A stretch of DNA of 64,000 bases from Microthyrium microscopicum (taxonomy: Eukaryota). The position numbers were made by a program, and so were the translations under genes. Positions 34,869 through 48,782 of this stretch are shown one piece after another (position 1 is the stretch's first letter; each line of letters opens with the position of its first letter). The stretch is from positions 1,825,275 to 1,889,274 of the forward strand of contig MU004234.1 of NCBI GenBank assembly GCA_010405405.1. The letters are read 5' to 3'. The notes under the pieces were generated by a model. The model was not told where the DNA came from. It worked only from the letters and a program-made list of their open reading frames with translations, and searched no databases.

Positions 34869-37800
34869 TCACTGGCCCTTCTTCCGCAACTGTACATGCC
34901 CATTCTGACTGACAACAGTTTCATACCCATTGAGGTCTAAAACTTCCTGCGGAACTTCCACCCCACCTGACAGGATTAGTGTCAAATTAACCCCCATCAC
35001 AAGGGCGTCTGCTTACCCAGCATGTACTTGTACTCTACGCCATCCTTTGCCTCCCATACGCCCTTCTTTCCGCTCTCTGTCCGTAGTCCTTCATTACTTG
35101 CACTAGCGCTTTGATGGCTCGCGCTGTGATGGCTTGCACCTGCCTGCGCGTCGTTCATTACGGGCGTATCACCGGCTGTCTTGTCATCCTGTGGCTGTAG
35201 TGCACGCACAATTTCTTGGTTCTCGGGACACTCTTCGAGGGCGAATCTGAGAGCCATGACCGCATGTTCGCGCACGTAGGGGTTGAAATCATCGTGTTTG
35301 CAGCAATTTAGCAATGCACGGATGCCTCTTCCTGGTCGGCCAGCGCTATCAGGGGCGCCAAGCTGTGCTTTCACAGCGGCGTTGTGCCATACTAGGCTGG
35401 AGAGCACTAAGACGGCGAGTTTCTTGAGATTTCGCCATTCGAAATTGCTTGGCTCTTCTTCCGATGGGCCCATGGGGTAGTTGTCTGCAACGTGGAGAGG
35501 TGGTATAGAAGTTTGTGGTGTTAAGTTTCGTGCTGCACCTGCTGGTTCTTCCCCTGATGGCTGCTCTACGGCTGCTTGATACGTGTCGAGTGCTTGGCGG
35601 CTAGCGGGCGTCGAGCGTGGAATGGCGGCATCGAGTTCTTCAACAAGAGAGACGAGCTCGCAGGCCAGGTTCCATGAGGTCAGCATGTGCTTCCAAACAG
35701 CGTGCTCGGTGAGAATGGCGAGCATCTCGAGATACTGGTAGATGCCTTCGTACATGCGCTCCATGTCCCAGAGGTTAAGCGGGAAATCATCTGGACCCGC
35801 GTGACCGTGCCGAATTTTGCCTTGAAGGAAGATGAGAGCACATGTTTGCGGGATGATGGATTTGCGGAATTCGGTGAGGATGAAGTGGACCATATGTGCT
35901 TCGACTTTGAAGGGATAGGTGCTGTTTGGATTTTGGACGGCAGCGAGTTGACGTGAGCGGAAGATGCCAGTGAGAAGCTTCATGATTACAGATTGAGCGG
36001 GGCTGACGATGTCTTTGCTCTCTTGGAACGCTTGGTACGCAAATGGCATAAGACCGTTCAGTAGGATGGCTTCCAGTATGGAGGCCATCAATTTGAAGTA
36101 GAGTTCGTCTTCCCGGAGATCCCAGGCGGCAACGAAGATGAGGAGTTCGCGTAGGAGATTGCGCCCATTATCTTGTGCAAGTAGCAAATGACATCGCACA
36201 ATATGCATATTTTTTATGGCGGCTATTTCGGTTGGTGTTGTGCCGTAGCCTGGGGTGTTGCGATCCAGTGGCGCGACGATGGCAGATTGTATTATCATGG
36301 GCAATACTTCAACTTCAGTTGGTCCTAGAATTAAAGGCACATCGGTGAGTAACCCGCGGTTATTATCGCCGGGGATGGCATCGTACTCTTCTTCTGAGCT
36401 GTCTCCCTCCTCGCTAGCAGCATCTGTTCGATCTTTCGGGGCAGTAGGTGTAGCGGTTGGTGCCTCGGATGCTGGTGTTTCTGGAGCGGCTGGTGCCTTT
36501 CCTTTGTTTTCAGCAATGTTCTGCGTCCTTTTCTTCTCTGTGTCGGGTTCAAGGCGTTTCAGGAGTTCAGTCTTGCCTTGCTCCAAGATATCCAAGCCAT
36601 AATCGGCGGTATGGACCATTCTGAAATCGACTTCTTCTGCCTGAGCCATGGTAGGTGTTGATGATGATGCCGGCATGTGTAAATCTCCATTCTTAGCCTT
36701 GACAATCGGATGATCGATTGGTCTACCTTGTGGGGTGCCCGGTGCCGTGGTGCCATCGAGAGTTTTCAATGATGCAACTTCGGTCCGTGAGCCATCAGTC
36801 TCCGTAGTTGAATTATTATGGACTAATGTCTGCCTCGCCATGACCGCTCGGAGCTCTTCTACTGAAGCGTTTTTAAGGTCGAAGTTAGATGGAGCTCGAA
36901 CCGGGTTGTGTGCGCCTTGCATGTCCCTCGCATTATTCATCTGGCCAGATGATGTGCTCTCGGGATCAAGGACATCGGGGGACTCTTCCCATCTTCTTTG
37001 GCACTCGGCCAATACATCTCCTTCACTTGCTGGTAGACCTGATTCCTCCATTTCTTTCTGCACATCCAGGCGTAGTGCGCCATAATAGAGTTGAAATGGG
37101 TCTGTGATGAGACCAGGAGTGAAATTAGTCCCGTGCGAGGTAGTATCCTGTGCTCCAGGCGTGGCGGGTAGCGCCGAACTCGATGGTATTGACGGATCGC
37201 GCCCCGAAGATGTGGGCAGAGTTCTGTCTCTAGAAAAGTCCTTCTCGGCCTCTCCGATGCTCAGTAAGCCATCCGCCGTACTATCAAACAACTCGATCCA
37301 CAGCATCAGCTTTCTACGCTCATTCTGAACTGTCAAGTTGTTGATAAACTGTAAGCATTTGACCAGTAGCTTTTTGAACTCGTCAATTACGCTCTGCCAC
37401 TTTTCTTCATCTTGAGACGAGCCTTCAGATGTAAATCCACGCGCTGTAATTTTGATACAGAGTGTAATCAAATCGAACATTACAGCGCCGAACCCCTGTT
37501 CTGCAGCGAGATTTTGTGCGGTTTGGCCAATCGTCAAGACGTTTCGCGCGATGCCCACTAGATCTTGGATGCGCGGTAGATCTTTCTGTAGCTTCGAATG
37601 ATTCAGGACTATTCTCTTGGAAGAGGCGGCATCGTATTCGTTAGAGGTCTCGTTGACTTTGGGAGCAAAGCATTTATCGTGAAGGGAGGGTGTGGCAGCT
37701 TTGAAAAGCGTGGCCATATCTTGCCAGAATTTTGGATCTGTTCCAAGGCCATTGCGGGCTTCGGGGTCTTTAACCTGAACTTTGTTAGTGTAAGTCTACA

Positions 37801-38215
37801 AAAAATTGTTCCCGAAGCAATTGCGCATCGAATACATCAGATGGTTTTCTCAACGCGATATCCCGGCATGCTTGATGGTAGCCAGCGAGTGCTGCGGAAA
37901 ACTTACCGTTGCAGTCAACACACGTTTGAGGATGCGCTTATCGTAATCGAGTAGCTGGTTCTGGTTCGTGGCGGTCCATTCAGAGTTGAAGTGCGTTGTG
38001 AGCAGCGCCAGGTCTAGGCGAAGCAGCACGCTGTAAGGACTTTGCTCTGTAGGAGGCGCGGTCGCGGGAGGGGCGTGCCAGCCATCCAGTACAGCGGGAA
38101 GCGATGTCATCGCCATGATCAAGTCGGGTGGCAGCGTGCGATACCATGAAGGGTAAGATTTCGGCAGCTTTCTTTTGAGAATGTTCCACCACGGCACAGG
38201 ATATGGCGCGGCCAT
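34869..38215 (-). CDS. Ataxin-10/Ctr86-like ARM-repeat protein
   Basis: 906-aa core ORF with FEWRNLKKLAVLVLSSLVW and C-terminal NPYVREHAVMALRFALEECPENQEIVRAL (ataxin-10-like). 5' exon from 38215 with an intron at about 37775-37905. The 3' splice site and stop are uncertain. Confidence 0.8.
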
Positions 38216-38748
38216 AATGCAGGTGGTGGGGCTCAAAACTCTTGGCGTTGCTAGGATAATCAGCCTTGAATGATCAAAGTGTAAAAACTATTTTTGAGCG
38301 AAGAAGGAAACAAAGTAAATTGTAGTTGCGCAGATTTAGTATTTCGGCGACAAAATGTCAGAAATGATGGCAAACTATAGTTTTGGCGAATATGGCAAGA
38401 GCAAACTACCCATATGGGCCTCCCACAGAAGGCAAGCACTACCCGCCGTTATTTTCAGCCTTTCCTTCAGCCTTATACATTTCTACACCACAACTCAGGC
38501 CACTAACTGAGCAATCCATCACGGCGCATAATCCCATCATCTTCGATACCTACCAAGAATTACGGAGTTCATACAATGTTCTTGTTTACCCTTGTATATA
38601 TATAGAAGCTCAATCGTATTATTGATTGCGCTAGATTCAAAGCTGTCCGTCCTCAACATGTTATAGCAAATTTGATAGTATTCTGTAACAAACCACTCCC
38701 CTACTCAACCTATAAACAACCACTCACCACTTCAACCCGCTCCCCCCC

Positions 38749-39090
38749 TCACGCTCCACCAGTCCCCCCATCAGTCCCATCCGTCGCCGTCGTCGCATCC
38801 CCCTCCCCACCCGTCTTCGGTTTCATAAACAACCGTCCCCCTCTATACTCAAACGGACCAGTAGTATGATACGGACCATTCTCCCCCCGCTGATGTGCAT
38901 CGTCTTCCTCTTTGATGCGACGCACGACGAACGCATAGCGTTTCTTGCCTTTTGGTTTGTTGGCCACGTTGTTGTAGGTTGGAGTTTTGCGACTTGGGTC
39001 GCGCTGGATAAAGAGGTCGTTGTCGGGGTTTTTGGAGGCGGCTTTGGCTTTTTTGTGGCCGGGTTGGACTACGGTGGGGAGAAAACACAT
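38749..39090 (-). CDS. Small basic hypothetical protein (113 aa)
   Basis: ATG-initiated ORF with protein-like composition between two conserved genes; no recognised domain. Confidence 0.35.
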   Translation of the reverse strand: MCFLPTVVQPGHKKAKAASKNPDNDLFIQRDPSRKTPTYNNVANKPKGKKRYAFVVRRIKEEDDAHQRGENGPYHTTGPFEYRGGRLFMKPKTGGEGDATTATDGTDGGTGGA

Positions 39091-39916
39091 TGGTGGTGCG
39101 GTGGATGGGTGCTGTGGATGTGGGTTTGAGGGTAATTGGCTGTGGTGTAGTGTTGAGGCATGATTGGGTTTGTTGATGGGATTGGCTTATGTGGAATTGT
39201 TGTGGTGTTACTGCTGGAAAGTGAGTTGATGGTGTGAATATGGATGGGGTGTTGGTTATTTGAACTGTTGATATGGGGAGAGACATGGTGGCTGGTGAGA
39301 GGAAGTTAGTGATTGAATGATATTGGCAGCGTGAAGTGCGATGAAGATATGGGAGTTTTAAATAGCCCGGTTATGATGCAGGTGTTGAGTCAATATTATG
39401 GGCTGAAGAATCGGTGTATTTTGACAACATTGTAGGAACCAACAATAGGTATTGTAAAAAGGGGTCAACGAACGCAATTTATGGGGAGAAGAGACAGACC
39501 AGCACTTCAAACACAAAGCAGATGTCTTACATGACAAATTCCGCTCAGCTCAAGCTCACTCAAGACACATCCCATGGCATACAGTATCTATTTGTCTACT
39601 TCATATAGCTCTTCAACACTGGTTAATGTATTCTAGCAAGTCAAAAAGCCAAAACATCAAACAAGGCAAAGCACAAAACACACTACATCATCACTCATGA
39701 CACTCATCAACCATTATCATCGTCCATCACCCGTCAGCCATCACCGACGACATCAATTGAACCCAGGCACCAACCACCCCTCCCCCATCATCGAACCAAA
39801 CCCATCGGGATCCAATGAGGAACTATGACAGAGTATACCCAGCAGTGAATTTTTCTTAGATAGATACCATTCACTTGTCAAGGGCTGAAAGAGGTATGTG
39901 CAAGAAGACGGCACCC

Positions 39917-42900
39917 CTAGATGTAGAACATGTCGTTCCTCAAGCGCTCATGCACTTCAATGTCCGCCTGCAGAACCCTCTCCCCACTGCCACCCGTCAC
40001 TGAAGTGCCGGCTGGCGTGTCAAACCGACCTGACATGTATACGCGCGTTCGGTCACACACCATGTCCGCATACTTAGCAGGCGGGCAGACGCGCACTGCT
40101 TTCGTCGCGCGTCCAAACGCATAACTCATGCCGTGAGTCATATCTTCGAGCACGTCCGCTACGCTGGTGTAGCCTGGGGGAAGTGCCGTCTTGCCCTTAG
40201 CATAGTGGGCGCGCAGGACCTCATCGCAGAGGATCATGTAGTGTGCGGGACGAGCGGTGCCTTGAAGCGCAGAGTGGGGTTGGAGATAGAAGTCCCAGGC
40301 ACGGGCGTCAGTAATGCCGCGATCGACGACGGTGCCGGGGCGACAGTTACCGTTACGGTCTGCGTCCTGGAGACTGGTGGGATAAAAGCGGGTATGGTGG
40401 CGCTTTGCGACGATGAGGAGCGTCATGCGCGGAAGACCGGCTTTGGTGTCATTGGCGGGATATAGTCCTTTACACGGTTCACGGAGTTGGGGAAGTTCAG
40501 TGTTCAGGGCCATTTCGTATTGACCTTCAGAAACACCATCGCGGTAGATGATGATATTGGAAGGATACTTTTTATGCTTAGAGTACCAGAGCATAAGATG
40601 GCGCTTGAACATATCTCCCAGGTTATCGACCTGCTCTTTGCGAGTTTCTGATTGAACACGAACAGTCGCAGGCCATTGCCCAAGGTTCTTGTCAATTGTT
40701 GCGACCATGGCAGCGATGGACGGTCCTTTGGAACCAGGGGCCGGATGGGTGACATCCAAGCCAACTATCATGGTCTCGCCCTGGTCGATGAGCGAGAATG
40801 AGGCATTGCGCGCGATCTGGTTCGTGCCGCCTAGCTTCAAGTTGAACTTCAGTGCTATGTTGGCCATGTACATGGGCTGACCCCTATCTTCAAAGAGTTT
40901 CGGACTACAGCAGATGGTGTGAATGCCGTACTTAACGTCGCCAAGTCGCTTGATAATTGGGTACACCGGATGGTTAGCCATTGGGAGAGCGATGAGAATT
41001 ACTCTGAGCTTTCCAGCAGCACCTTTGAGCGTGTTTTCAAGAGCTGCTGTGTCGTCGGGGTTACTCATGTGGACTACTTTTCCTGGCAAGGGTGCCAAGG
41101 CAGTGACTCCTGATGCCCTGAGCGAGTTGTGCATCGCCTTCATGGTGTTCCCTAAACGTTCCATTTGGCCTTCGACATCACGCTGGTTCTGGCGCGTCAC
41201 AAGCAGGACATACGACCAGGCTTTCATATCCTGAGCTTGGTAGAAAGAAATGTCTCTCATGTTCCAAGAGCCGTCGGCTGGCTGAATTGACTTGTTCTTT
41301 CCGTACGTGACCTTGGGCACTGGTAGCACGCGACCGCGGACCGTGATCAGACCATCTGCAATTTTGATCTGGTATTTTTCCTAACAGAGTGTTAGTCCAA
41401 CCGTAAATCATTGTGAAACTCATTCTTACTAGAAGTTTATTTTTCGCAGATAGTCCCGTGAGGTCGTAGCCCTGCTCCACAATGGAGCGAGCATTCTCAA
41501 TAGGTCGTCGGACAGCAAATTTGATCATGCCAGCAGTTTGGTTGGGGTCGAGCTGTCTTGGATATGCCTGACCTGGGAGGACAACGCAATACTCAGCCGG
41601 CATGTAGTTTGGATTCGTTTTGTTGCCGACATTGACGACAGGAAGAGCGGTGTTGACTTGTTTGCCATGTTCTACCGTTGTTAGCTCCTGATACGGCAGA
41701 GGAGCTGCTTGACTGACCTTGCTTGAAGTATTCCTGAACCGTGATATAACGACCACCTTGGGATGGGCCTTCTGCCTGAGGTCCACCTTTTGGCTTTTTC
41801 TTCGCACCCGCAGGCTTGATGTCCGTACTGGGTCCCTTGTCTTCAAGCCAGAAAGACACCTCATGGGGACCAGCGCCATGGCGCTTAACCTTGGGCGGAT
41901 TGGGGTTGGGTGGTGACTTCTTGTTGGAGGAGCGGCCATCATCGACGTTGGCCAAGCCACATATACCCTTCGCTCGCACGACCACCTGGCCAGCTTTGTT
42001 CTTTCGCTCTTTTAGATGGGTCAGTTTCACGCGAACGCGAAACAAGAACCGAGCCAGTCCGTGCATATTGGCAGTACCGTAATCACCCCAATAGGACTTC
42101 ATGAGCTCGGGCAGTGGCCCGCCAGGGTAGAAAGCTGCACTGCTCACGTTGACATTGACCAACATGCGGGAAGTCGCAAGTCGAGCACTGGTGTAGTATC
42201 CGCGGAGGGCCAATAAGCCGCCATTGAGATAAAGCTGTTGCAGATCGGCTCCGACAAACGGAAAGACCTTTCGTGGTCCAATTGTAGCCACGTTTGCGTT
42301 AGATCGGCAAAAGTGGTTGAAGAATATGTTGAGAGGTTGGAGAAGGGTTAGCTGATCGTCGTAGCTAGCGTCAGATGCTGTGGAAAAGACATATTTGAGC
42401 ATATCTTCAAATTTTAGCTCATTGGTGTATGTGACCGAAACGTTGTAGATCTGTGCGTTCGGTCGAGCTTCATCTTCTCCCTCGTCTCGGAATGTAATTG
42501 GGATTGTGGTAAGGATTCGTTCGTCCTCAAGAGGCACTGGGACCAGAAGTGTTGAACGATAGTCCGTCACCAGTTTATCCTTGACAGAAGCGAGCTGCAG
42601 CGTATCGAATAATGTATCTAGAAGAAGTCGAAAGACTTGAGTGACCTTGCGCTTCGGCATTTCGTTCGGTTCAATTTTGATGGCATATCGATATAGGACC
42701 AGTTTAGGAGCCAGCTTCATCTCGAAGTAATTGGCCCAAAGTGTTTGTGCTTGGCCTCGAGAGCCAAATCCAGGACGCATTGGGTATTTCGCAACAACAC
42801 CTAGCGAACCAAGTCCAAGGCTGTCCTTCGCACCTTTGAGAATGGCATCCTCAGCCTTGGTAACGGTGAGATCAGGTTCTGGTATACCACTTTTTGGGCT

Positions 42901-43180
42901 TCGTTGACGTTAGACAGACTGCCCCAATGTATGATTGCGATAGGAATACTCACCTCCAAACAGCGACTGGTCCTCCTCGACCACCACCCCCTCCACGACC
43001 ACCACGAAAACCACCACGGTCTCCTCCACGATCGTAGCCTCCACGACCGCCTCGACCTCCACCGAAGTCACCACGAGGACCTCCACCACGACCACCGCCT
43101 CTTCCTCTGTCAAACCCACCTCCGCCTCGACCACCTCGGAATTCGCCTCCTCGGCCACCGCGATCACCGCGGTAAGACAT
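39917..43180 (-). CDS. qde-2: Argonaute (QDE-2-like) with an RGG-rich N-terminus, 4 exons
   Basis: RPGFGSRGQAQTLWANYF; LRGYYTSARLATSRMLVNVNVS (ArgoL1); PAZ ITVQEYF...NYMPAEYC; PIWI NIALKFNLKLGGTN, GLDVTHP, YRDGVSEGQY, KRHHTRF, GTARPAHY, PAKYADMVCDR. Confidence 0.95.
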
Positions 43181-45058
43181 TTGAAAAAATGTTCAAGCCG
43201 TTGAGACAAGTAATCAACGAGTATAGGTTGAGACGCAAAGGGGATTTGGAAGTGGAAGTTGGAAGACTGAGAAAAGGTAAAATAACTTAAGGGGATGATA
43301 GGGGGTTAGCTACCTTTGAGCAAAGAAGAAGCGGAAGAGAGGATGGAGTTCGGGGAAAGACTGAGGCCTTAAAAGGTGAAGAGAGAGAGTGTGTGTTTTT
43401 GAATGGAAGGGGTTTTGTGTGACAGCAGTTGAAATGAATTGTGATGTTGGAGGTTGGGTAGCAACCGAAATTGTCTTGCCGGCCTCTCAGGAGATTGGTC
43501 TTGGGGTTGAGCAATCGCACTACGGGATGCTGCAGCCGTAGATCACGTTCTCAAATCTTCCGAGCTCAATCGCGCCAGTATTTGTGGAGCTGTTTTGTTG
43601 TTGCAACTTGCTTGGCTTCAATTCTTCAGACAAGCTGCTTGAGATGGGAGAGGGGGAGTAGTGGAGAGAGTTTGCTGCTTCGAGATGTGATCATACAAGT
43701 ACAGTACATAGCAAACTGCTGCCTTGTGCTGCCTGTCAGGCTGTGCAATGGAATATGGAATACATACCGTATTAGAAAGCACAGGAATGGCGGGGCAAAT
43801 TATGACGCTCCAATGCTCCATGGGCAATCAAGGGCGAAGAGAGTCTCTTTCAGTGCTCACCGACTCTTCTCCCTTGGGGCGAATTTGGCAAAACTTCGAC
43901 CTGTCGCCCAATGGAAACCGGCAGTAGAGACCCGTCCAACTTGCCGATTTCCAAGTTTCATATCGTCGAAACCTCAAGACGAAAAGTCGAAAGACATGCA
44001 TACCCAGATAGAAACTAGGAATGCCTTGACGCGAACCCGACGCGAATTCACGGGTTTCTGCATCGGCGCGCGCTCCGCGAACAGGCGGATCATGTGCAAA
44101 GCCTTGTGATTGGTCTTCGACACAATTCAACACTTTGACCCGCATTCGCTCCAACGCCACAATGAAACTTTGCTTCAGTTATTTTGTTATTTGGAGGTTG
44201 AAGTTGGAAACTGACTGCAAAGGCGGTGAGCAAGAGACATGGTGGTTGCTGGTTGAAAGTGAAAGGCCCTGGCCGTTCCGAATGCCATAATAGGCGACCG
44301 GAAGCATTTCCGCAGAGCCGCCGCTCTCACGTTTTGAGAAATTGAGATTTCTCACATCTGCGCTCATCAGATCAATTGAAAGCTTTGAAAAGGTTGAGAT
44401 GTCGTTAACTGCGCATAGAAACCTTTGGAAAGAGACACCATGTTCTATGCAACTGCCTATGCATCTCATGCAATGATTAGATGAGCGCTCCTCCCTTCGG
44501 TCACATTATCGTATCTTCTACCTGCGGTTACGAGAACGGGTAGTGTCTATTGACCTTGGTCCTTCTACCTAGGTACATGATCAGGCACAATATCTTTTCA
44601 CCTCTATCGTCGGTACTAACAGAGGGGTTCTATCATTCCATACATCACCAAAGCGACTAGCTGGAGCTTGCTGTTTTTGGAGTACCGGAGAAGCCCAGCC
44701 CAGCTTCAACCACCAAGATCTTTGATTCAGTCTAGAGGAGAAGTAAATATTCGCATATTTAGCTACGTCTAATGGAAAAAAAGTAGACTCATGTTCGATA
44801 CTACAATTGATCTTTAATTCAAGTATTACCTTGCAGATGACCCAATCAAAAATGAAAACCCCAGACTGCGCATCATCGGCCCATGGTACCAATTGACGTC
44901 AGACTTGCTACACATGGAAATCATTCAGCAAAATTTGAGGTCATTCAATCACCAGCCTCATAAAAATTTTACACTCACGATTTTGACGACGCATCAAATC
45001 AAAGCTGTCTTTCAACTCCTCAAACAATCATTATCGAGACTACTACTCACAAGACACC

Positions 45059-45549
45059 ATGAATTGGAACAGTAAAGCTGCACCAACAGGTCCAAAATTC
45101 GATTCTGGAGCAGAGCAAGACCGCTATGGCTCCTTCTTCGGTCTCGGCAGTGACGGTCTAGCTCGCATCAGAAAGGCTGCCACTTATCAAGGCGTTGGCG
45201 CAGAGCAGGACCGCTACGGATCTCACTTCTCCCTAGACTCCAAGCAGGTTCGAAAGGCGGCCGATTCTGTGCTGCAGAGCGGAAGGTCGGCGGTACATAA
45301 AGATATCACAAACGGTAATCATTGGCTTGGCTACGACGGACGACAGGTGATGAAGGGACTTCTGAATACAGGAGGGGTGGGAGCAGAACAGGTATGTCAT
45401 TGATAGCTATCAGCAACGTAGAGCTAATGGTTGTTCCTTAGGAGCGATACGGCGCACACTTTGGAGTGGATAGTGCGAATGTTAGGAAGTTTGGTCATCG
45501 GGTGGCAGATGGGATTGAGAAGAATGATGGAGTTGAGCATATGGGCTGA
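45059..45549 (+). CDS. Small (146-aa) protein with GAEQ(D/E)RYG(S/A)(F/H)F repeats, 2 exons
   Basis: Exon 1 45059-45391; intron 45392-45441 (gtatgt...gctaat...ttag); exon 2 to TGA 45547-45549. Splicing restores a third complete repeat exactly. Confidence 0.8.
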
Positions 45550-46390
45550 GCCTGATCGTTAATGTTCATGAGGTGAGTAATTTGGAATCTGGATATACAA
45601 TGCTGTCAAATGTCTCATACTAACCAATGCAGTAGACTGTAAATCATTGTATATTATCATCGCGATCAAGCTCAACAATAGAAGCTGAATTCAATAGTCG
45701 AAAGGTCCTACTTCTTTTATACTGTTCAAAAAGACCTTATGAGTGTTGGCTTTGCCGAAGCGACCTATTTCCAAGTCCGCATCAGAAAGACAACAACACA
45801 AGTCTATCAGAGAGCGATATACCCAACAACGGAACCTCCCACTACAGGGAGTATGTCCCCACACTGTGGACTCTAGAAGCTAAAACGAGCCACGATGCCG
45901 CCATGACATTTATGAGCTATCTCTGTTACCCTACTTGGATGAACCTGACATTCCAACCCACGTGAAGCTGGACACCAAGCAATCCACTTCCAAGCGCCGT
46001 AGTAAAAGTTAAAACGACGACTCTCCTTCTGCACCCTACTAGGATTCATGTCAGGGCAATATATAGCTGACGTCGAAAACAAGGTTGTATGCGGGGTATT
46101 AACACCAATAGGGCATTTGATTTCCCAAACTCGTTCACCATCCATGCTCACATCATAGGATTCATACTTCATACTGGATAGTTTGGCTGCATGTATGGTG
46201 AGATACGGCGAATCAGTTTCATGTAGCAAGCTAGTCCCCTGGCAGCTTTCACGAGCCTCTTCTACTACTCTTGTCCCGCGGCTCGTCAGATGTAAACTGA
46301 TTGGAGTTGTGGTCAACTCTTATATCGTATGAGCCCAGGCTGAGGTTGATCTGTAAGACTGGCGACGGTTTGTCACTAGCAAATCCAAGC

Positions 46391-48082
46391 ATGATTGAAG
46401 ATATCGTTACCAAATTGACTCCTGGCTACGCTGTGGCCGGAGTGGTTGCTTTTGGTATTCTTGTGAATATACTTGTGCGACTTCATTATGACTACAAAGT
46501 TAGACGAGCTGGTGGTGTTCACGCTCCAAAGCTTTGTAGCAATTCATTGACAGGTAATGGTAAAAGTTAAATAGTCAATCGCTCTGCTAACTCATCTAGC
46601 CTTACCATGGCTCTACAAGATCGGAATGGCGCAAGCCAATAATCGACTACTTAGCCTTTTCCAAAGTGTCCTGAGTACAATGACAACGGCTGCATATCCA
46701 AATACAACCGAAATTAATGTCACCGGAGGCCAACGATACATCATGACCACAGAACCAGAGCATATTAAAACAGTATTGACTGGAAAGTTTGCGGACTATG
46801 GAAAGGGACCCGAGTTCCACGACGTCTGGAAGCCATTCCTAGGAGACTCTATCTTTACCACAGATAAACAGCTATGGCAAGACAGCCGAAATTTGATCCG
46901 GCCAATGTTCATGAAGAACAGAGTCAGTGATCTTGAGATATTCGAACGATGGACTAGCATCATGATCGACCAATTTCCAGCCTCAGGTCAGACATTTGAC
47001 AGCATGGATCTATTCTACAGAATGACCATCGACGTGATCACTGAGTTCCTACTCGGTCACAGTGTTGATAGTCTACGACATCCATCGTCCGATTTTGTGG
47101 AAGCATTCTCTAGCGTACAGCGCTGGCAGATGATGCTTACCGTTCTCATGTAAGTTTCAAACAATACCATGTATCGCACAGTGATCTTACAAGCTATACT
47201 TAGTCCAATCGAGAAAGCCATCCCGCGCGGCAAATACCAGAAAGGCATTAAAGTAATCGAAGACTTCATAACCCCCTTCATAACCCGCACTCTCGCCCTC
47301 CCATCAGAGGAGCTGCAAAAGCTCAGCAAGTCCGAAAAGTCATTCACCTTCCTTCACGCCCTGGCCAACTACACGCGCGACCCCAAGGTAATACGCGACC
47401 AACTCATCGCCGTCCTCCTCGCCGGCCGTGACACGACAGCCGCCACGCTCTCATGGACAATGTACGAGCTCGCCCACTACCCAGCAACCTACCAGAAACT
47501 GCGCGAAGAAGTCATGTCCGTAGTTGGACCAGACCGCACGCCAACATACGATGATTTGAAGAATCTAAAGTACTTGAACCACACGCTAAACGAGGCTTTA
47601 CGTCTCTATCCAGCCGTCCCATTCAACATCCGCCAGGCCCTCTCTGATACATCACTACCAAGTAATGATCCGAGTATACCAGACATCTCAATCGTCAAGG
47701 GCGATCAAATCATCTACTCGACAATGGCAATGCAGCGGCGCGAGGACTTGTATCCGCCCACTTCAGAAAAGTTTGCGCCACCGCATATGTTTAGTCCTGA
47801 GCGCTGGGAGCATTGGCAGCCGCGGCCGTGGCAGTATGTGCCGTTCAATGGAGGGCCGCGTATCTGTGGTAAGTACCATCATGTATTGATGGTGTTCAGC
47901 TGAAGCTAATGGGTGTGGTAGTGGGTCAGAATTTTGCGCTTACGGAAATGGCGTATGTGATGGTGAGGATTGTGCAGCGTTTTAGTCGGGTTGAGTATCG
48001 GGGGGATTGGGAGGATCAGTTTCATAAGGTTGAGATTGTTGGCTGTCCGGGGCAGGGGGTGCCGATTGCTCTTTTTGAGTAG
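46391..48082 (+). CDS. Cytochrome P450, CYP52 clan (alkane/fatty-acid hydroxylase-like), 4 exons
   Basis: N-terminal anchor; LGDSIFTTD; AVLLAGRDTTA (I-helix); EALRLYP (ExxR); PERW; PFNGGPRIC|VGQNFA (heme Cys). Confidence 0.92.
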
Positions 48083-48782
48083 AGTGCTTCATGAGGTCGG
48101 ATGAGTGGAAGAAGCTGAGTTGGTTAGGTTGTGAGATTAGTAGGGAAGACTTGGCCTCGTGCTTGTGATAGGAAATCTGAAAGTCAATTGAAGTAGAACC
48201 CATAAAGATCAACAACTGAGCCTGAACTGTGAATCAACACAAAGGGGTCGCTATCGGCCCAGCCTCCCGGTAACATCTTCAACAAACGGGGCCTGGGCTC
48301 TTCGTTGTAAGTGTGGCTAGAACTTTCTGGCTCATACGAGACAACAGAATTGCCGCGTTCCGGTAGGATCAAATTGATTTGTATAATTGGTCGAAAGGGT
48401 GGAGTATCTGCAGATTTCTCTACCTGCAAAGTTCAGAGCAGTACATGCATAGTGCATATACTCAGAACGATAAGAGTCCCACGGAAGGACGGATAGTCAT
48501 TCGACCACGTAGAATGAGAGAATCAAAGTAAGACAGATAGACAGTACAACCGATAAAATATGATTGTGATTGGTCGCGATAGCTTCCATTAGTTTTATCT
48601 AGTAAACGACAATAGTGACTCGAGACAGCCTCTACATGACCCAGCAGGTGAAGAAAACTCATACTGTCACGCCATACAATTCTACTACATGATATCTTAC
48701 GAGTCTCATCAACACCAAGGGGTATATAGACAAATTCAACACCTCCAATTAATTCTAACTTCCATGCATGTATATAAAAAAT

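Noticed and set aside
11776..43180. EDC3 and Argonaute as an RNA-silencing cluster
   Set aside because: They are separated by 25 kb of unrelated genes, so co-location is probably chance.
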